A DNA stretch of 64,000 bases from an uncultured Candidatus Rokubacteria bacterium (GCA_963708025.1 CAVPSB010000025.1:64001-128000), one strand, 5' to 3'. Numbered from the stretch's first letter, positions 20,359 through 30,753 are shown. Translations and numbers: made by a program. Notes: generated by a model from the letters alone, not told the origin.

Positions 20359-20861
20359 ATGGCCACGAGCTCGACCCCGCAGAGCGGGGGCTCCGACGGG
20401 TGCCGATCGACTGGGACGACCTGGAGCTGGCGCTGACGATGCACTCGGATGAGCACGCATCCTACCTGGACCTGCGGACGGGGGAGGTCCGCCTCTCCCC
20501 GATTCACTCGTTCGGCGGCGAGCCCGAGGATGGCGTCCTGTCGGAGGACAAGGTCGAGGCCGGTCTCGCCGTCGAGCCGCTCGAGTCCTCGGTCGAATAC
20601 GGCTGGATGGCCGAGTTCGCCGACACCCTGCCCGACGCCCGCGTGCGCCAGTCCCTCCAGCAGGCCCTCGGCGGCAGCCGCCCCTTCCGCCGCTTCAAGG
20701 ACGCGCTCGCGAGCGACCCCCGCGAGTGTGAGCAGTGGTTCGCCTTCCAGGCCGACCGCCTGCGCGCCGCCATGCTGGAGTGGCTGTCCGACAACGACAT
20801 CGAGCCGACGACGGCCCCGCCGAGACGGCCCGGTGACGCCGCGCCGTCGGGTGCGCCATGA
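20359..20861 (+). CDS. UPF0158 family protein (start ATG 20359 with G-run frameshift, or GTG 20400)
   Basis: IDWDDLELAL, YLDLRTGEV, YGWMAEFA, LGGSRPFRRFKDAL, W..F..WL motifs. Confidence 0.78.
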
Positions 20862-21532
20862 GCACGCTCGCCACCATCCGATCCTATCGGCGGCTCCGGG
20901 AGGCCGGCCGAGTGTTTCACGGAAAGGTTCTCGCGGTGATCCCGAGACATGTCATCGTCTCGACCGCGATGGAGCTGGGCCTGTGGCGAAAGGGGATCCT
21001 CGTGGCAGACGAGGACGACACCGACGTGATGTCCGACCGGATGATCTACGACAAGCGGTGGGCAGGGAAGAGTGCTATCGAGCACTTCGAGGATGAGGTG
21101 CCGGAATCCGACTGGACCGACGACGAGCGCCGCTTCGGCGGCGCGATGAAGCGGGCCTCCTTCTCGCTCTTCGAGATCATCGATACTCGCCCCGGGAGCG
21201 ACATCACGCTCGTCGATCGACTCGCGGCAACCCGATCCGGCGAGGTCGGCTCACCCATCGAGCTGATCGACCTCGGCCTCTCCGAGACGGCGGTTCCCGG
21301 CGCGCTCCTCGCCGCCCGCCTGCTGGATGCCGGGGAGTTCTCCATGAGCACCGGCGTCGGCTTTCCGTTCCCCGCGGACCGGGAAGCGGCGATCCTGAGG
21401 TACCTCCGGGACAAGGAGCCCGGCTTCCGCAGGAAGCGCCTCCACGTGCCCGAGGACTACGGCCTGTACTTCTACCGCCTGCACCGCCGGTTCGGCATCG
21501 GCGTGAGATACGCTGAGGCGGGCACCGAGTAG
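20858..21532 (+). CDS. Hypothetical protein resembling the middle domain of the SEC-C protein
   Basis: ATGA overlap with the upstream gene. FSLFEIIDTRPG..LVD..DLGLSETAVPG.LLAARL. Confidence 0.7.
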   Translation: MSTLATIRSYRRLREAGRVFHGKVLAVIPRHVIVSTAMELGLWRKGILVADEDDTDVMSDRMIYDKRWAGKSAIEHFEDEVPESDWTDDERRFGGAMKRASFSLFEIIDTRPGSDITLVDRLAATRSGEVGSPIELIDLGLSETAVPGALLAARLLDAGEFSMSTGVGFPFPADREAAILRYLRDKEPGFRRKRLHVPEDYGLYFYRLHRRFGIGVRYAEAGTE

Positions 21533-21941
21533 TGCCACTGACCTAACGATACGCCTCGCGCCGGTGAGCGAAGTCCATGCGTTTGTCGAGGAGTCCTTCC
21601 TTCTTGATCAGCAGTCGCACCACGTTCCCCGAGGAGGAGGGGACTGAAAGATCTACCGGGTCTATGGGGTCGCGACCTCGGTCATGTCGCACCACGTTCT
21701 CCGTGGCTCATCTCCCCCCCGCCCCGGGCGCTGTACTTTCTGCTTGACAGGGTTTGATGACCGGGGTGGGTGGCCATCGCAGCCCTGGCCTTCAGGTCCG
21801 CCCAGCGGGCCGCGCCGGCCTGCGGGACCGCGCGCCGCCGGCGTGGAGTCGAAAATCATTCCCCGGTCGACGAGCGACGGTCAGGAGGCCTCCCAGGGGT
21901 CCCGAAACTCAGGTGATAGAGTGCGAGCCAGGAGGCTCGCC

Positions 21942-22787
21942 ATGCAGCTTGCGACGACGCTCGCGCCCGCCACCCCCGCGGCCGATCTCGACCAGCTCGG
22001 CGACGAGATCGCCGAGCTCTCGGCCCACCTCGACGCCGCTACCGCCCGGCTGCTGACCTTGATCCGCGAGTTCGACGCCCGGGGCGGCTGGGCCAACGGG
22101 GCCCGCTCCTGCGCCGAATGGCTGAGTTGGCGGGTGGGGCTGGATCTGGGGGCGGCCCGGGAGCGGGTGCGGGTGGCGCGGGCGCTGGGCGCGCTTCCGC
22201 AGCTCGCCGCGGCTCTGGAGCGCGGGGAGCTGTCGTACTCGAAGGTGCGCGCCCTCACGCGGGTCGCCACGCCGGAAACCGAGGCGCGGCTCCTGGCGGT
22301 GGGGCGGGCGGGGACGGCGGCCCACGTGGAGCGGATCGTGCGGGGGTGGCGGCGGGTTGACCGGCAGGTGGAGGGGCAGGAGGCGACCGCGCGTCACCGG
22401 GGGCGGTCGCTCCAGGTGTATCCGGACGAGGACGGGATGCTGGTGGTGCGGGGGCGGCTCACGCCGACGCGGCTCGACAATCTTGCCCTTCTGTGTCGAT
22501 TGCACCACGGGGCGGTCCACGAGGAGGGCTACCAGGTGGAGCGGGACGTCGACGGGACGCTCCACTTCCGCACGCCGAACGGCCGGCCGATTCCCGAGGT
22601 GCCGGCGCCGCCGGCGGTGCCGGCCGACCCGATCTGGGCGCTGGTCACGGCGAATCGAGCGCGCGGCCTGGCGATCGGCGCGCGGACGGGGTGTCCGAGC
22701 TGGGGCGGCGAGCGCCTCGACCTCGGCTGGGCGATCGACGTGCTACACCCCGCGGCCAATCCGCTCGCGTCCCGGCCCATGCTGTAG
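21942..22787 (+). pseudogene. DUF222 (13E12 repeat)/HNH endonuclease with in-frame internal deletion
   Basis: LGDEIAELSAHLDAA, SCAEWLSWR, GELSYSKVRALTRVA. GRLTP joins directly to TRLDNLALLCRLHH..VHE, so the first half of the HNH domain is absent. Confidence 0.75.
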
Positions 22788-22808
22788 TAACGTTTCGGCC
22801 CGCCGACC

Positions 22809-23270
22809 ATGACCATCTACCTCGTGCGCCACGGGGAGGCCCGGCCGGACGCCGACGACGCGAGCCGGGCGCTGAGCGAGCGAGGGCGGGCCGAGATCGA
22901 GCGGGTGGCGCGCCTCGTCGCCGTCCTGCGTCCGCCCGTGGCGGAGATCCGCCACTCCGGTCTCCTGCGCGCCCGGCAGACCGCCGAGATCCTGGCCGCG
23001 GCCCTGGCGCCGACCGGCGGGGTGCGGGCCGCCGGGGGGCTGGCGCCCGGCGACGAGCCCGGAGTCGCGGCGGCCGAGTGCGAGGCGGCGGCCGAGCCCG
23101 TCGTGCTGGTGGGTCACATGCCCCACCTCGGCCGGCTGGCGTCGCGGCTCCTGATCGGCGAGGCCGGGCGGGAGCTGATCCACTTCGAGACGGGAACGGT
23201 CGCATGCCTGAGCCGAGCCGAGCGAGCCTGGGTCGTCGAGTGGGTGATCGCACCCCGGCTGTCGCCGTGA
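22809..23270 (+). CDS. sixA: Phosphohistidine phosphatase SixA
   Basis: IYLVRHGEA, HSGLLRARQTAE, LVGHMPHL motifs. Confidence 0.88.
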   Translation: MTIYLVRHGEARPDADDASRALSERGRAEIERVARLVAVLRPPVAEIRHSGLLRARQTAEILAAALAPTGGVRAAGGLAPGDEPGVAAAECEAAAEPVVLVGHMPHLGRLASRLLIGEAGRELIHFETGTVACLSRAERAWVVEWVIAPRLSP

Positions 23271-23851
23271 GAGTAATCCGGGTCCACCCGATCATCACCC
23301 ACGGCGGCTCGCAGGTGAACGTCATCCCGGCCGAGGTCCGGCTGGAGACCTACGTGCGCGGCAAGTCGGTCGAGGCGATCCTCGACGCCGACGCCCGGGT
23401 CAACCGGGCTCTCCGGGCCGGCGCCCTCGCGCTGGGCGCCCAGGTGGAGATCGTGACCCTGCCCGGGTACCTGCCCATGAGCTGCGACGCCACGATGACG
23501 GCGATGTTCCGGGACAACGCGGTGGCGCTCCTGGGCGCCGAGCACTACCAGCCGGGCGGCCACAAGACGGGCTCCACCGACATGGGCGACCTGAGCCAGG
23601 TGATGCCCATCCTCCATCCCTTCCTGGGCGGCGCCCGCGGGACCGGGCACGGGGCGGACTACGCGATCGCGGACCCGGAGCTGGCCTACGTCGGGATGGC
23701 CAAGCTGCTGGCCGGCATGGCGGTCGATCTGCTGGGCGACGGCGCCGCCGGGGCGCGGGCGGTGCTGGCACAGGCGAAGCCGCCGATGACCCGCGAGGCC
23801 TACCTCGCCTTCCAGCGGGGCCTCGCGCGCCGCGCGACCTACGACGGCTAG
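23267..23851 (+). pseudogene. C-terminal half of an M20 amidohydrolase
   Basis: IRVHPIITHGG..VNVIPAEV..ETYVRG, GSTDMGDLS. The N-terminal metal-binding half is absent. Confidence 0.75.
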
Positions 23852-25256
23852 CCCGTGCGGCCGAGGAGGGCGAGCATCTCCTCCACGCTCGTCAGCTTCA
23901 CCCGCGGGCGGCCCTGGGCCCGGCCGCGGGCCACTTCCACCTCGTCGAGCCGCCGCCAGTCGGCGTAGGAGATCCAGTCGGGCTGGCGCTGGCGGACCAG
24001 CGCCTCGGCGGCGCCCGCCTCGGGATGGGCCGGCTCGAGCGCCCGCCCGGCGGCCGCGTCCTCGAGCATGCCGGCCACCGTCTCGGCGGCGTCGGGCTTG
24101 TTGGTGCCGATGACGCCGGTCGGGCCGCGCTTGATCCAGCCGGCGGCGTACTCACCGGTCACCGGCTGCCGGGTGTCGGGGTCGATGACCCGTCCCTTCT
24201 CGTTGAGGATCACCCCCCAGCTCTCGTGGAACGGCACACCGGGCAGGGGCACGCCCCGGTAGCCCACCGAGCGGAACACGAGACCGACCGGCAGCTCCTC
24301 GGAGCGGTCCGTCGGTCGGGCCTGAAGCGTGCCGGCCGGGGTGGCGGCCAGCACGTTCTTCACCAGCCGCATCGCCGTCACCTGACCGGCCTCGTTGCCG
24401 ATCAGCTCGACCGGCGACACCAGGAAGCGGAGGACCAGCTTCCGCGGCTTCCCGGCCGGCGGCCGGCGCGCGTACTCCTGGAGGATCTCGACCTTCTTCG
24501 CCGTCGCCCGGTCGGGGGTCTTCTCGAGCGCGGCGCGGGTCAGGGGGTCGAGCTCGACCTCCTCGGGCACCGCGCTGACGTCGGCCCCGGGCAGCTCGCC
24601 CAGCTCCTTGATCTCGGGATTCGTGAAGGCCGCCTGGGCGGGGCCGCGCCGGCCGAGCAGGTAGACCTCGCGGACGCGGCTCGCCGCCAGCGCCTCCAGC
24701 GCGTAGTCGGCGATGTCGGTCTTCGCCAGCTCCTCGGGCGTCCGGCACAGGATGCGGGCCACGTCCACCGCCACGTTGCCGACGCCGACCACGGCCACCC
24801 GCTCCCGGGAGAGGTCGAACCGGTAGTCGCGGTAGTCGGGATGGCCGTTGTACCAGGCGACGAACTCGGTGGCCGGATGGCTCCCGCGCGAGGTCCTCGC
24901 CGGGGATGCCCATGCGGCGGTCGGTCTGGGCCCCGGTGGTGAAGACGAGCTGGTGGTAGTGCGCGCGCAGGTCGGCCAGCGTCACGTGCTTGCCCAGCTC
25001 GACGTTGCCGTAGAAGCGGAAGCCCGGGTGGGACGGCCGTCTTGTCGAACACGGCGGTGACCGCCTTGATCTTCTGGTGATCGGGCGCCACCCCGTAGCG
25101 GACCAGGCCGAACGGCGTCGGCAGCCGGTCGAACATGTCGACCTCGACGGCGAGCCGGTCCTGGCGGAGGAGCTGGTCGGCCGCGTAGAAGCCGGCGGGG
25201 CCCGCCCCGACGATGGCGACGCGCAGTGGGCGCGCCTCACTCCCGGGCTGACCCAT
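23848..25256 (-). CDS. Ferredoxin-NADP+ reductase (FprA/adrenodoxin-reductase-like), with two apparent +1 frameshifts (~25035, ~24887)
   Basis: [49 protein letters not shown] spread over three frames. Confidence 0.88.
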
Positions 25257-25277
25257 GGCTCTCGGGCGCGACCGGCC

Positions 25278-25709
25278 CTAACCGTGCTCCGCGATCTGGA
25301 TCTGCAAGGTGTCGACCTCGCCCTCGTACTCGTCCCGCTGCGCCTTCACGATGTCGCCGATCGACACGATGCCGACGAGCTTGCCGTGCTCCACGACCGG
25401 CAAGTGCCGGATGCGGCGCTCGGTCATGGTGTGGCCGACGGCCTTCAGGTCGTCGTCGGGCACCCCGACGATCACGTCGCGCGTCATGAGGTCCTGGACC
25501 AGGCGCGCGAAGACCTTCTCGTCGCGGGCGGCGGCCCGGACGATGTCGCGCTCGGAGAGGATGCCGATCGGCCGGTCGGCCTCCTCGATGACGACCAGGG
25601 CCCCGATGTTGTGCTCGGCCAGGAGTCCCAGGGCCTGACCGATCGACGCCTCGGCGCGGATGGTGACGACGCGGAGACTCTTGCGGGCCAGGACGTGCGC
25701 GATGTTCAT
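25278..25709 (-). CDS. CBS domain protein
   Basis: GILSERDIVR, RIRHLPVV, GIVSIGDIVK motifs. Confidence 0.92.
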   Translation of the reverse strand: MNIAHVLARKSLRVVTIRAEASIGQALGLLAEHNIGALVVIEEADRPIGILSERDIVRAAARDEKVFARLVQDLMTRDVIVGVPDDDLKAVGHTMTERRIRHLPVVEHGKLVGIVSIGDIVKAQRDEYEGEVDTLQIQIAEHG

Positions 25710-25926
25710 GGACCTACCTCCCCCGTGTGCGGCGCTGGGGTCGTTGGGCCGATGATAGCCGGGCCGGGGGCTCCGGGCAATAGCGCGGGCGTCGCCGGGA
25801 CACGGGCGATCGTGGCGGCGGCGGACCGCCGGTCACGCGGCACCGGGGGGAGTTTTCCTGGCGCCACCCTTCCCCGGGGTGTAGACTCCGACGAGACGCA
25901 GGCCACCCCCGTCGCCTGGAGGCGCC

Positions 25927-26529
25927 ATGAACGCGTTCCGGACCCTCGCCGTGGCCGTGGGATTCCTGCTCCTGCCGGTCATCAGTGCCCGGGCCGACGA
26001 GACGAAGGCCGCGCCGGTCATCGAGGCCGGCTCGAAGGTCTCGCTCGAATACACGCTCCGCGACGACGACGGCAAGGTGCTCGATTCCAACAAAGGTCGG
26101 GATCCGCTGACGTACGTCCAGGGCGAGCAGCAGATCGTTCCGGGTCTGGAGAGGGCGCTCAACGGCATGCACGCCGGGGAGGCGAAGCAAGTGATCCTGG
26201 CCCCCGCCGAGGGCTACGGCGCCGTGGACCCGCAGGCGGTGGCCGAGGTCCCCAAGCAGCTGATTCCCGCGGATTCGCTGAGCGTGGGGGCCGAGCTGCT
26301 CGCGCGAAGCCGCGAGGGCGCCACCCGTCTGGTCCGCATCAAGGAGATCAAGGACGAGACGGTCGTCATCGACCTGAACCATCCGCTGGCCGGCAAGACG
26401 CTCCACTTCGACGTCAGGGTGGTCGGCGTGGAGCCTCCCGAAGCGGAAGGACCGGCCGAGAAGGCACCTGACCAGCCGGCCGAGAAGCCGGCGGAGACAC
26501 CGGCCGAGAAGCCGGCCGAGACGAAGTAG
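25927..26529 (+). CDS. FKBP-type peptidyl-prolyl isomerase (SlyD-like) with signal peptide
   Basis: VSLEYTL, PGLERAL, IDLNHPLAGKTLHFDV motifs. N-terminal signal peptide and C-terminal PAEK repeats. Confidence 0.88.
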   Translation: MNAFRTLAVAVGFLLLPVISARADETKAAPVIEAGSKVSLEYTLRDDDGKVLDSNKGRDPLTYVQGEQQIVPGLERALNGMHAGEAKQVILAPAEGYGAVDPQAVAEVPKQLIPADSLSVGAELLARSREGATRLVRIKEIKDETVVIDLNHPLAGKTLHFDVRVVGVEPPEAEGPAEKAPDQPAEKPAETPAEKPAETK

Positions 26530-26535
26530 CCGGCC

Positions 26536-27522
26536 ATGCGGCGGCGCACCCTCCTCCAGGCCGGCGCGGCGGTGGGAGTAGCTCTGCTGGCCGACCGCTG
26601 GGGCCCGGCTGCCGGCGCGGATGCGCGGGCGCGCGTGGTGGTGGTCAAAGCGGAAGACCGCCGGGACGGCGTGCGGCGCGCCCTGGCTCTGTTGGGCGCC
26701 GGCGGCCTCGCGCGGCGTCACGTCGTCGTCAAGCCCAACTTCAACTCCGCCGACCCGTTCCCCGGCTCGACGCACCCGGACACGCTGGACGCGCTGGTGG
26801 ACTGGCTCGGCGAGGCCGGCGCCAGCCGGGTCACCGTGGCCGACCGGAGCGGGATGGGGAACACGCGCCAGGTCATGGAGGCCAAGGGGGTCCTCGCCCA
26901 GGGGACGCGGCGCGGGTTCGCGCCGGTCGTGCTGGACGAGCTGCCGGCCCGCGACTGGGTGGCCCATCCGCTGCCGGGAAGCCACTGGCAGCGGGGCGTC
27001 CTGTTCCCGCGGCTCCTCGAGGAGGCGGAGGCCATCGTCTCCACCTGCTGCCTGAAGACCCACCGCTTCGGCGGCCACGTCACGCTCTCGCTCAAGAACT
27101 CGGTCGGCGCGGTCGCGAAGCTCGGGCCGGACGGGTACAACTACATGAGCGAGCTGCACGGCTCCGGCGCCCAGCGGAAGATGATCGCGGAGATCAACCT
27201 CCTGTATCGGCCGGCGGTCGTGCTGCTCGACGGGCTCGAGGCCTTCGTGGACGGCGGGCCCGAGGCCGGGCGGAAGGTGGTCCCCGGCGTGCTCGTCGCG
27301 GGGACCGACCGGGTGGCGGTCGATGCGGTGGGCGTGGCCGTGCTGCGGCTTTACGGCACGACGCCGGCTGCGTCGCGGGGCCGGGTCTTCGAGCAGGAGC
27401 AGATCGCCCGCGCGGCTGCGCTCGGCCTCGGCGTCGCCGGACCCGACCTGATCGATCTCGCGACCGACGACCGCGCGGGCGAGGCGTTCCTCACCCGCCT
27501 CCGCCCGACCCTCCTCGCCTAG
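26536..27522 (+). CDS. DUF362 family protein, Tat-like signal
   Basis: VKPNFNSAD..STHPD, LKTHRFGG..TLSLKN, DRVAVDAVG. MRRRTLL N-terminus. Confidence 0.82.
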   Translation: MRRRTLLQAGAAVGVALLADRWGPAAGADARARVVVVKAEDRRDGVRRALALLGAGGLARRHVVVKPNFNSADPFPGSTHPDTLDALVDWLGEAGASRVTVADRSGMGNTRQVMEAKGVLAQGTRRGFAPVVLDELPARDWVAHPLPGSHWQRGVLFPRLLEEAEAIVSTCCLKTHRFGGHVTLSLKNSVGAVAKLGPDGYNYMSELHGSGAQRKMIAEINLLYRPAVVLLDGLEAFVDGGPEAGRKVVPGVLVAGTDRVAVDAVGVAVLRLYGTTPAASRGRVFEQEQIARAAALGLGVAGPDLIDLATDDRAGEAFLTRLRPTLLA

Positions 27523-27941
27523 GACGTCTTCCCGTAGCGGACCATCCGCGTGTCCCGGCGGTAGCCGGCGGCTTCCCAGAAGCCGACCGCCCACGGGTGG
27601 TCGTGCTCGACCAGCGCCGAGATGCGAATGCAACCCCACCTCCGGAGGGCCGCCTCGGCCTCGGCCACGAGCGCCCGGGCGATCCCACGCCGCCGGTACT
27701 CGGAAAGGACAGCCAGGCGGTAGATGTTGCCGCGCCAGCCGTCCCACCCGGCGATGACCGTCCCGACGACGCGATCCCCGTCGAGCGCGACCAGGAGGAC
27801 GGCGGCGGACTCCCGCATGAGCCGGGCGAGGGCTTCGGGGTTGTCCGTCGGGCTCGGCGAGGCCTCGGAGCGCGCCCACAGCTCCAGCACCGCCGCGGAG
27901 TCGCCAGCCACGCAGGGCCGGATGCCGATCGCCGGATCCAT
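27519..27941 (-). CDS. GNAT N-acetyltransferase
   Basis: GWDGWRGNIYRLAV..YRRRGIA motif. Confidence 0.88.
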   Translation of the reverse strand: MDPAIGIRPCVAGDSAAVLELWARSEASPSPTDNPEALARLMRESAAVLLVALDGDRVVGTVIAGWDGWRGNIYRLAVLSEYRRRGIARALVAEAEAALRRWGCIRISALVEHDHPWAVGFWEAAGYRRDTRMVRYGKTS

Positions 27942-28053
27942 GGGGCCGCGCGCAGTCTAGCACGCGGCGCGCGCCGTCACGTTGCGCGTTCCGCACCGAT
28001 CTGCTACGGTTTCCTGAGCCCGGATCTGCGATTGACCGTGGAGGGACCCCGAC

Positions 28054-29397
28054 ATGGCCCCGGCAAACGACGACGAGTATTTCCGGTGGACGGCCGAGCT
28101 CTTCGACCGGACGAAGATCTTCGACAAGCCTGACGCGCTGGCCGGCATCCGGGTCCTCGAGCTGACCACGCTGGTCCTGGGGCCGTCAACGGCCGACTTC
28201 CTCGGGGAGTTCGGTGCCGAGGTCATCAAGGTCGAGCTGCCCCCCAACGGCGACACCATGCGCTACGTGACGCCGCGGGGGACCTTCTGGAAGAACGCGT
28301 CGCTCGGCTTCTTCCCCGAGAACCACTCCAAGTACCACGTGGGCATCGACCTCCACAAGGAGGAGGGGAAGCGCCTCTTCAAGCAGCTCGCGGCCCGCGC
28401 CGACGTCTTCGTGGAGAACTTCCGGGCGGGGACGCTGGACCGGTGGGGGATCGGCTACCGCGACCTCTCGGCCCTCAACCCCGGCCTCGTCTACGTCGCC
28501 AACTCCGGCTTCGGCCAGTGGGGACCCTTCTCCCTCGGCCGCGCCTCCTACGACGCGGTCGCCCAGACCGTGTCCGGCATGATCGGGATCACGGGCTTCC
28601 CCGGCCGGCCCCCGATCACCTGCGGCATCTTCATCGGCGACTGGTTCGGCGCGATGCTGGCCGCCACCGCGACCCTGGTCGCCCTCCACCACCGCCGCCG
28701 CACCGGCCAGGGGCAGCTCATCGACTACGCGCAGTCCGAGGGGCTCATCCGCTCGCTCGACTGGACCTGGCTACTGCAGGGGCTGACCGGCGAGAGCCGC
28801 GGGCCGGCCGGCAATCGCGACCGGGCGCTCGGGGCCTCGGACATCGCGCGCTGCCGCGACGGCTTCGTCGCTGTCGCCGCCGTGACCGATACCGAGTTCC
28901 GGGGGCTCTGCGCGGCGATGGACGCGCCGGCGCTGGCCGACGACCCGCGCTTCGCCACGCTGGCCGCCCGGCTCGAGCCGTCCCACGGCGAGGCCATCCT
29001 GGCCCGGGTCCGGGCCTGGGCGGCCGAGCGGACGCGGGCCGACCTCGAGGCCCTCGGCGAGAAGCACGGGTTCGCGGCCGCCCGCGTGGCGAGCGCGGCC
29101 GACCGCTACCAGGACGCCCACCTGCGGGCCCGGGGGGCGGTCTGGGAGTACGAGGATCCGCTCTACGGCCCGATGGTCGAGCAGGGCCCGGCCCCGAAGC
29201 TCTCCGCGACCCCCGGGCGCATCCGGTGGGCCGCGCGGCCCGTCGGCTGGCACAACGAGCACGTGTTCCGGACGATCCTCGGGCTGGCGCCCTCGGAGAT
29301 CCAGGCGCTCGAGGCACGGGGCGCCGTCGGCCGCTGGGCCGACCGCGTCGGGGCGAAGCCGCCCGACGGGGTCGCGGTCGACCAGCCCGGCGTGTAG
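28054..29397 (+). CDS. Class III (CaiB/BaiF) CoA-transferase, probable catalytic subunit
   Basis: LAGIRVLEL, GAEVIKVE, ENFRAG, SYDAVAQ, FIGDWFGA with the Asp retained. Confidence 0.9.
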   Translation: MAPANDDEYFRWTAELFDRTKIFDKPDALAGIRVLELTTLVLGPSTADFLGEFGAEVIKVELPPNGDTMRYVTPRGTFWKNASLGFFPENHSKYHVGIDLHKEEGKRLFKQLAARADVFVENFRAGTLDRWGIGYRDLSALNPGLVYVANSGFGQWGPFSLGRASYDAVAQTVSGMIGITGFPGRPPITCGIFIGDWFGAMLAATATLVALHHRRRTGQGQLIDYAQSEGLIRSLDWTWLLQGLTGESRGPAGNRDRALGASDIARCRDGFVAVAAVTDTEFRGLCAAMDAPALADDPRFATLAARLEPSHGEAILARVRAWAAERTRADLEALGEKHGFAAARVASAADRYQDAHLRARGAVWEYEDPLYGPMVEQGPAPKLSATPGRIRWAARPVGWHNEHVFRTILGLAPSEIQALEARGAVGRWADRVGAKPPDGVAVDQPGV

Positions 29398-29406
29398 GGG
29401 CAGCCC

Positions 29407-30738
29407 ATGCCGCGACCCGATCCGGATCCGACGCTGCCCTGGTCGGAATACGCGAAGGCCCTCACCGATCCGGCCACCGCCCGCCAGCAGCCGGAGGCCC
29501 TCGACGACCTCCTCGTCCTCGACTGCTCGCAGGCGAACTTCGCCGGCCTCTTCGCGTCCTCGATCCTCGCCGAGTTCGGCGCCACCGTGATCCGGGTCGA
29601 GCCTCCCGCCGGCGATCCCGCCCGCCGTTTCTCGCCGGACGGGCTGATGCACGGCGACACCGGGCTGGCCTACCTGGTGGAGGGCCGCAACAAGCACCAC
29701 GTGACGCTGAACCTCGAGGACGCCGAGGGCCGCCTGCTCCTCCGTCGCCTGGCGGCCAAGGCCGACGTGCTGATCGAGACGGCCCGGCCGGGGCAGATGG
29801 ATGCCTGGGGGCTCGGCTACCGCCAGCTCGGCCAGCTCAACCCGCGCCTGGTCTACGTCGCCATCTCGACCTACGGGCAGTTCGGGCCGCGGGCGGCCTC
29901 GCCGATCCCCGACCACGACGTGACGAGCCAGGCGCTCTCCGGCGTCGCGTACATCACCGGCGAGCCGGAGGGACCGGAGGGCCCCCAGCCCCACGCGGTA
30001 CCGACGCGGCAGGGGTCGTGGGCCGGCTGGTACATCGGTGGCGGCTGGGCCGCGTTCGCCGCGCTGGCCGCGCTCACCTGGCGGGCCGCCTCCGGGCGCG
30101 GTCAGCTCTGCGACGTCTCGCCGGCGGAGGGCGAGATGCGCATGAGCGACTACGGGGTCCACTGGTACCACTCGCACCAGCAGGTGTGGGAGCGGACCGG
30201 CGCCTTCAACATCTCGGTCTTCCCGTACACGCTCGTCAAGACCCGGGACGGCTACTCGTTCATCGCTGGGTTCTCGGACGCGAACTGGACCGGCGTCACC
30301 AACATCATGGGACGCCCGGAGCTGAAGGACCGCTTCCCGAACGTCCGTGACCGCACGGCCGCCGACAAGCAGCCGGCGATCCACCAGGAGCTGGAAGCGT
30401 GGTCGGCCGGGCTGACCTCCCAGGAAGTGCTCGAGCGGGTCATGGACTACATGCTGAACAAGCGCGGTCCCGGCACGGTGGCCACCGCGCGGGTCAACAG
30501 TCCCCAGGACACCCTGGGGGAGTCGCACTGGTGGGAGCGGGGCGTCTTCCAGCGGGTCGAGGACCCGCACTACGGGACGCTCCTCCTCCAGGCGCCGCCC
30601 TGGAAGATGTCGCGGACCCCGCCCCGGCTCAAGTGGGCGTGCCGGCCGGTCGGCGCCGACAACGCCGCCGTCTATACCCGCCATCTCGGACTGTCACCGT
30701 CGGAGCTGACCGCGCTGCGCGCGCGCGGGATCGTCTAG
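29407..30738 (+). CDS. Class III (CaiB/BaiF) CoA-transferase, probable second subunit
   Basis: LDDLLVLD, GATVIRVEPP, GRNKHHVTLNL. WAGWYIGG at the position of the catalytic Asp. Confidence 0.88.
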   Translation: MPRPDPDPTLPWSEYAKALTDPATARQQPEALDDLLVLDCSQANFAGLFASSILAEFGATVIRVEPPAGDPARRFSPDGLMHGDTGLAYLVEGRNKHHVTLNLEDAEGRLLLRRLAAKADVLIETARPGQMDAWGLGYRQLGQLNPRLVYVAISTYGQFGPRAASPIPDHDVTSQALSGVAYITGEPEGPEGPQPHAVPTRQGSWAGWYIGGGWAAFAALAALTWRAASGRGQLCDVSPAEGEMRMSDYGVHWYHSHQQVWERTGAFNISVFPYTLVKTRDGYSFIAGFSDANWTGVTNIMGRPELKDRFPNVRDRTAADKQPAIHQELEAWSAGLTSQEVLERVMDYMLNKRGPGTVATARVNSPQDTLGESHWWERGVFQRVEDPHYGTLLLQAPPWKMSRTPPRLKWACRPVGADNAAVYTRHLGLSPSELTALRARGIV

Positions 30739-30753
30739 GAAAGGAGCCGTCGC

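Noticed and set aside
21533-21941. Possible gene fragment or element end between the island and the DUF222 gene
   Set aside because: Only short frames and weak motifs; nothing I can assign.
26450-26525. CCGGCCGAGAAG-like tandem DNA repeats
   Set aside because: They encode the low-complexity PAEK tail of the PPIase.
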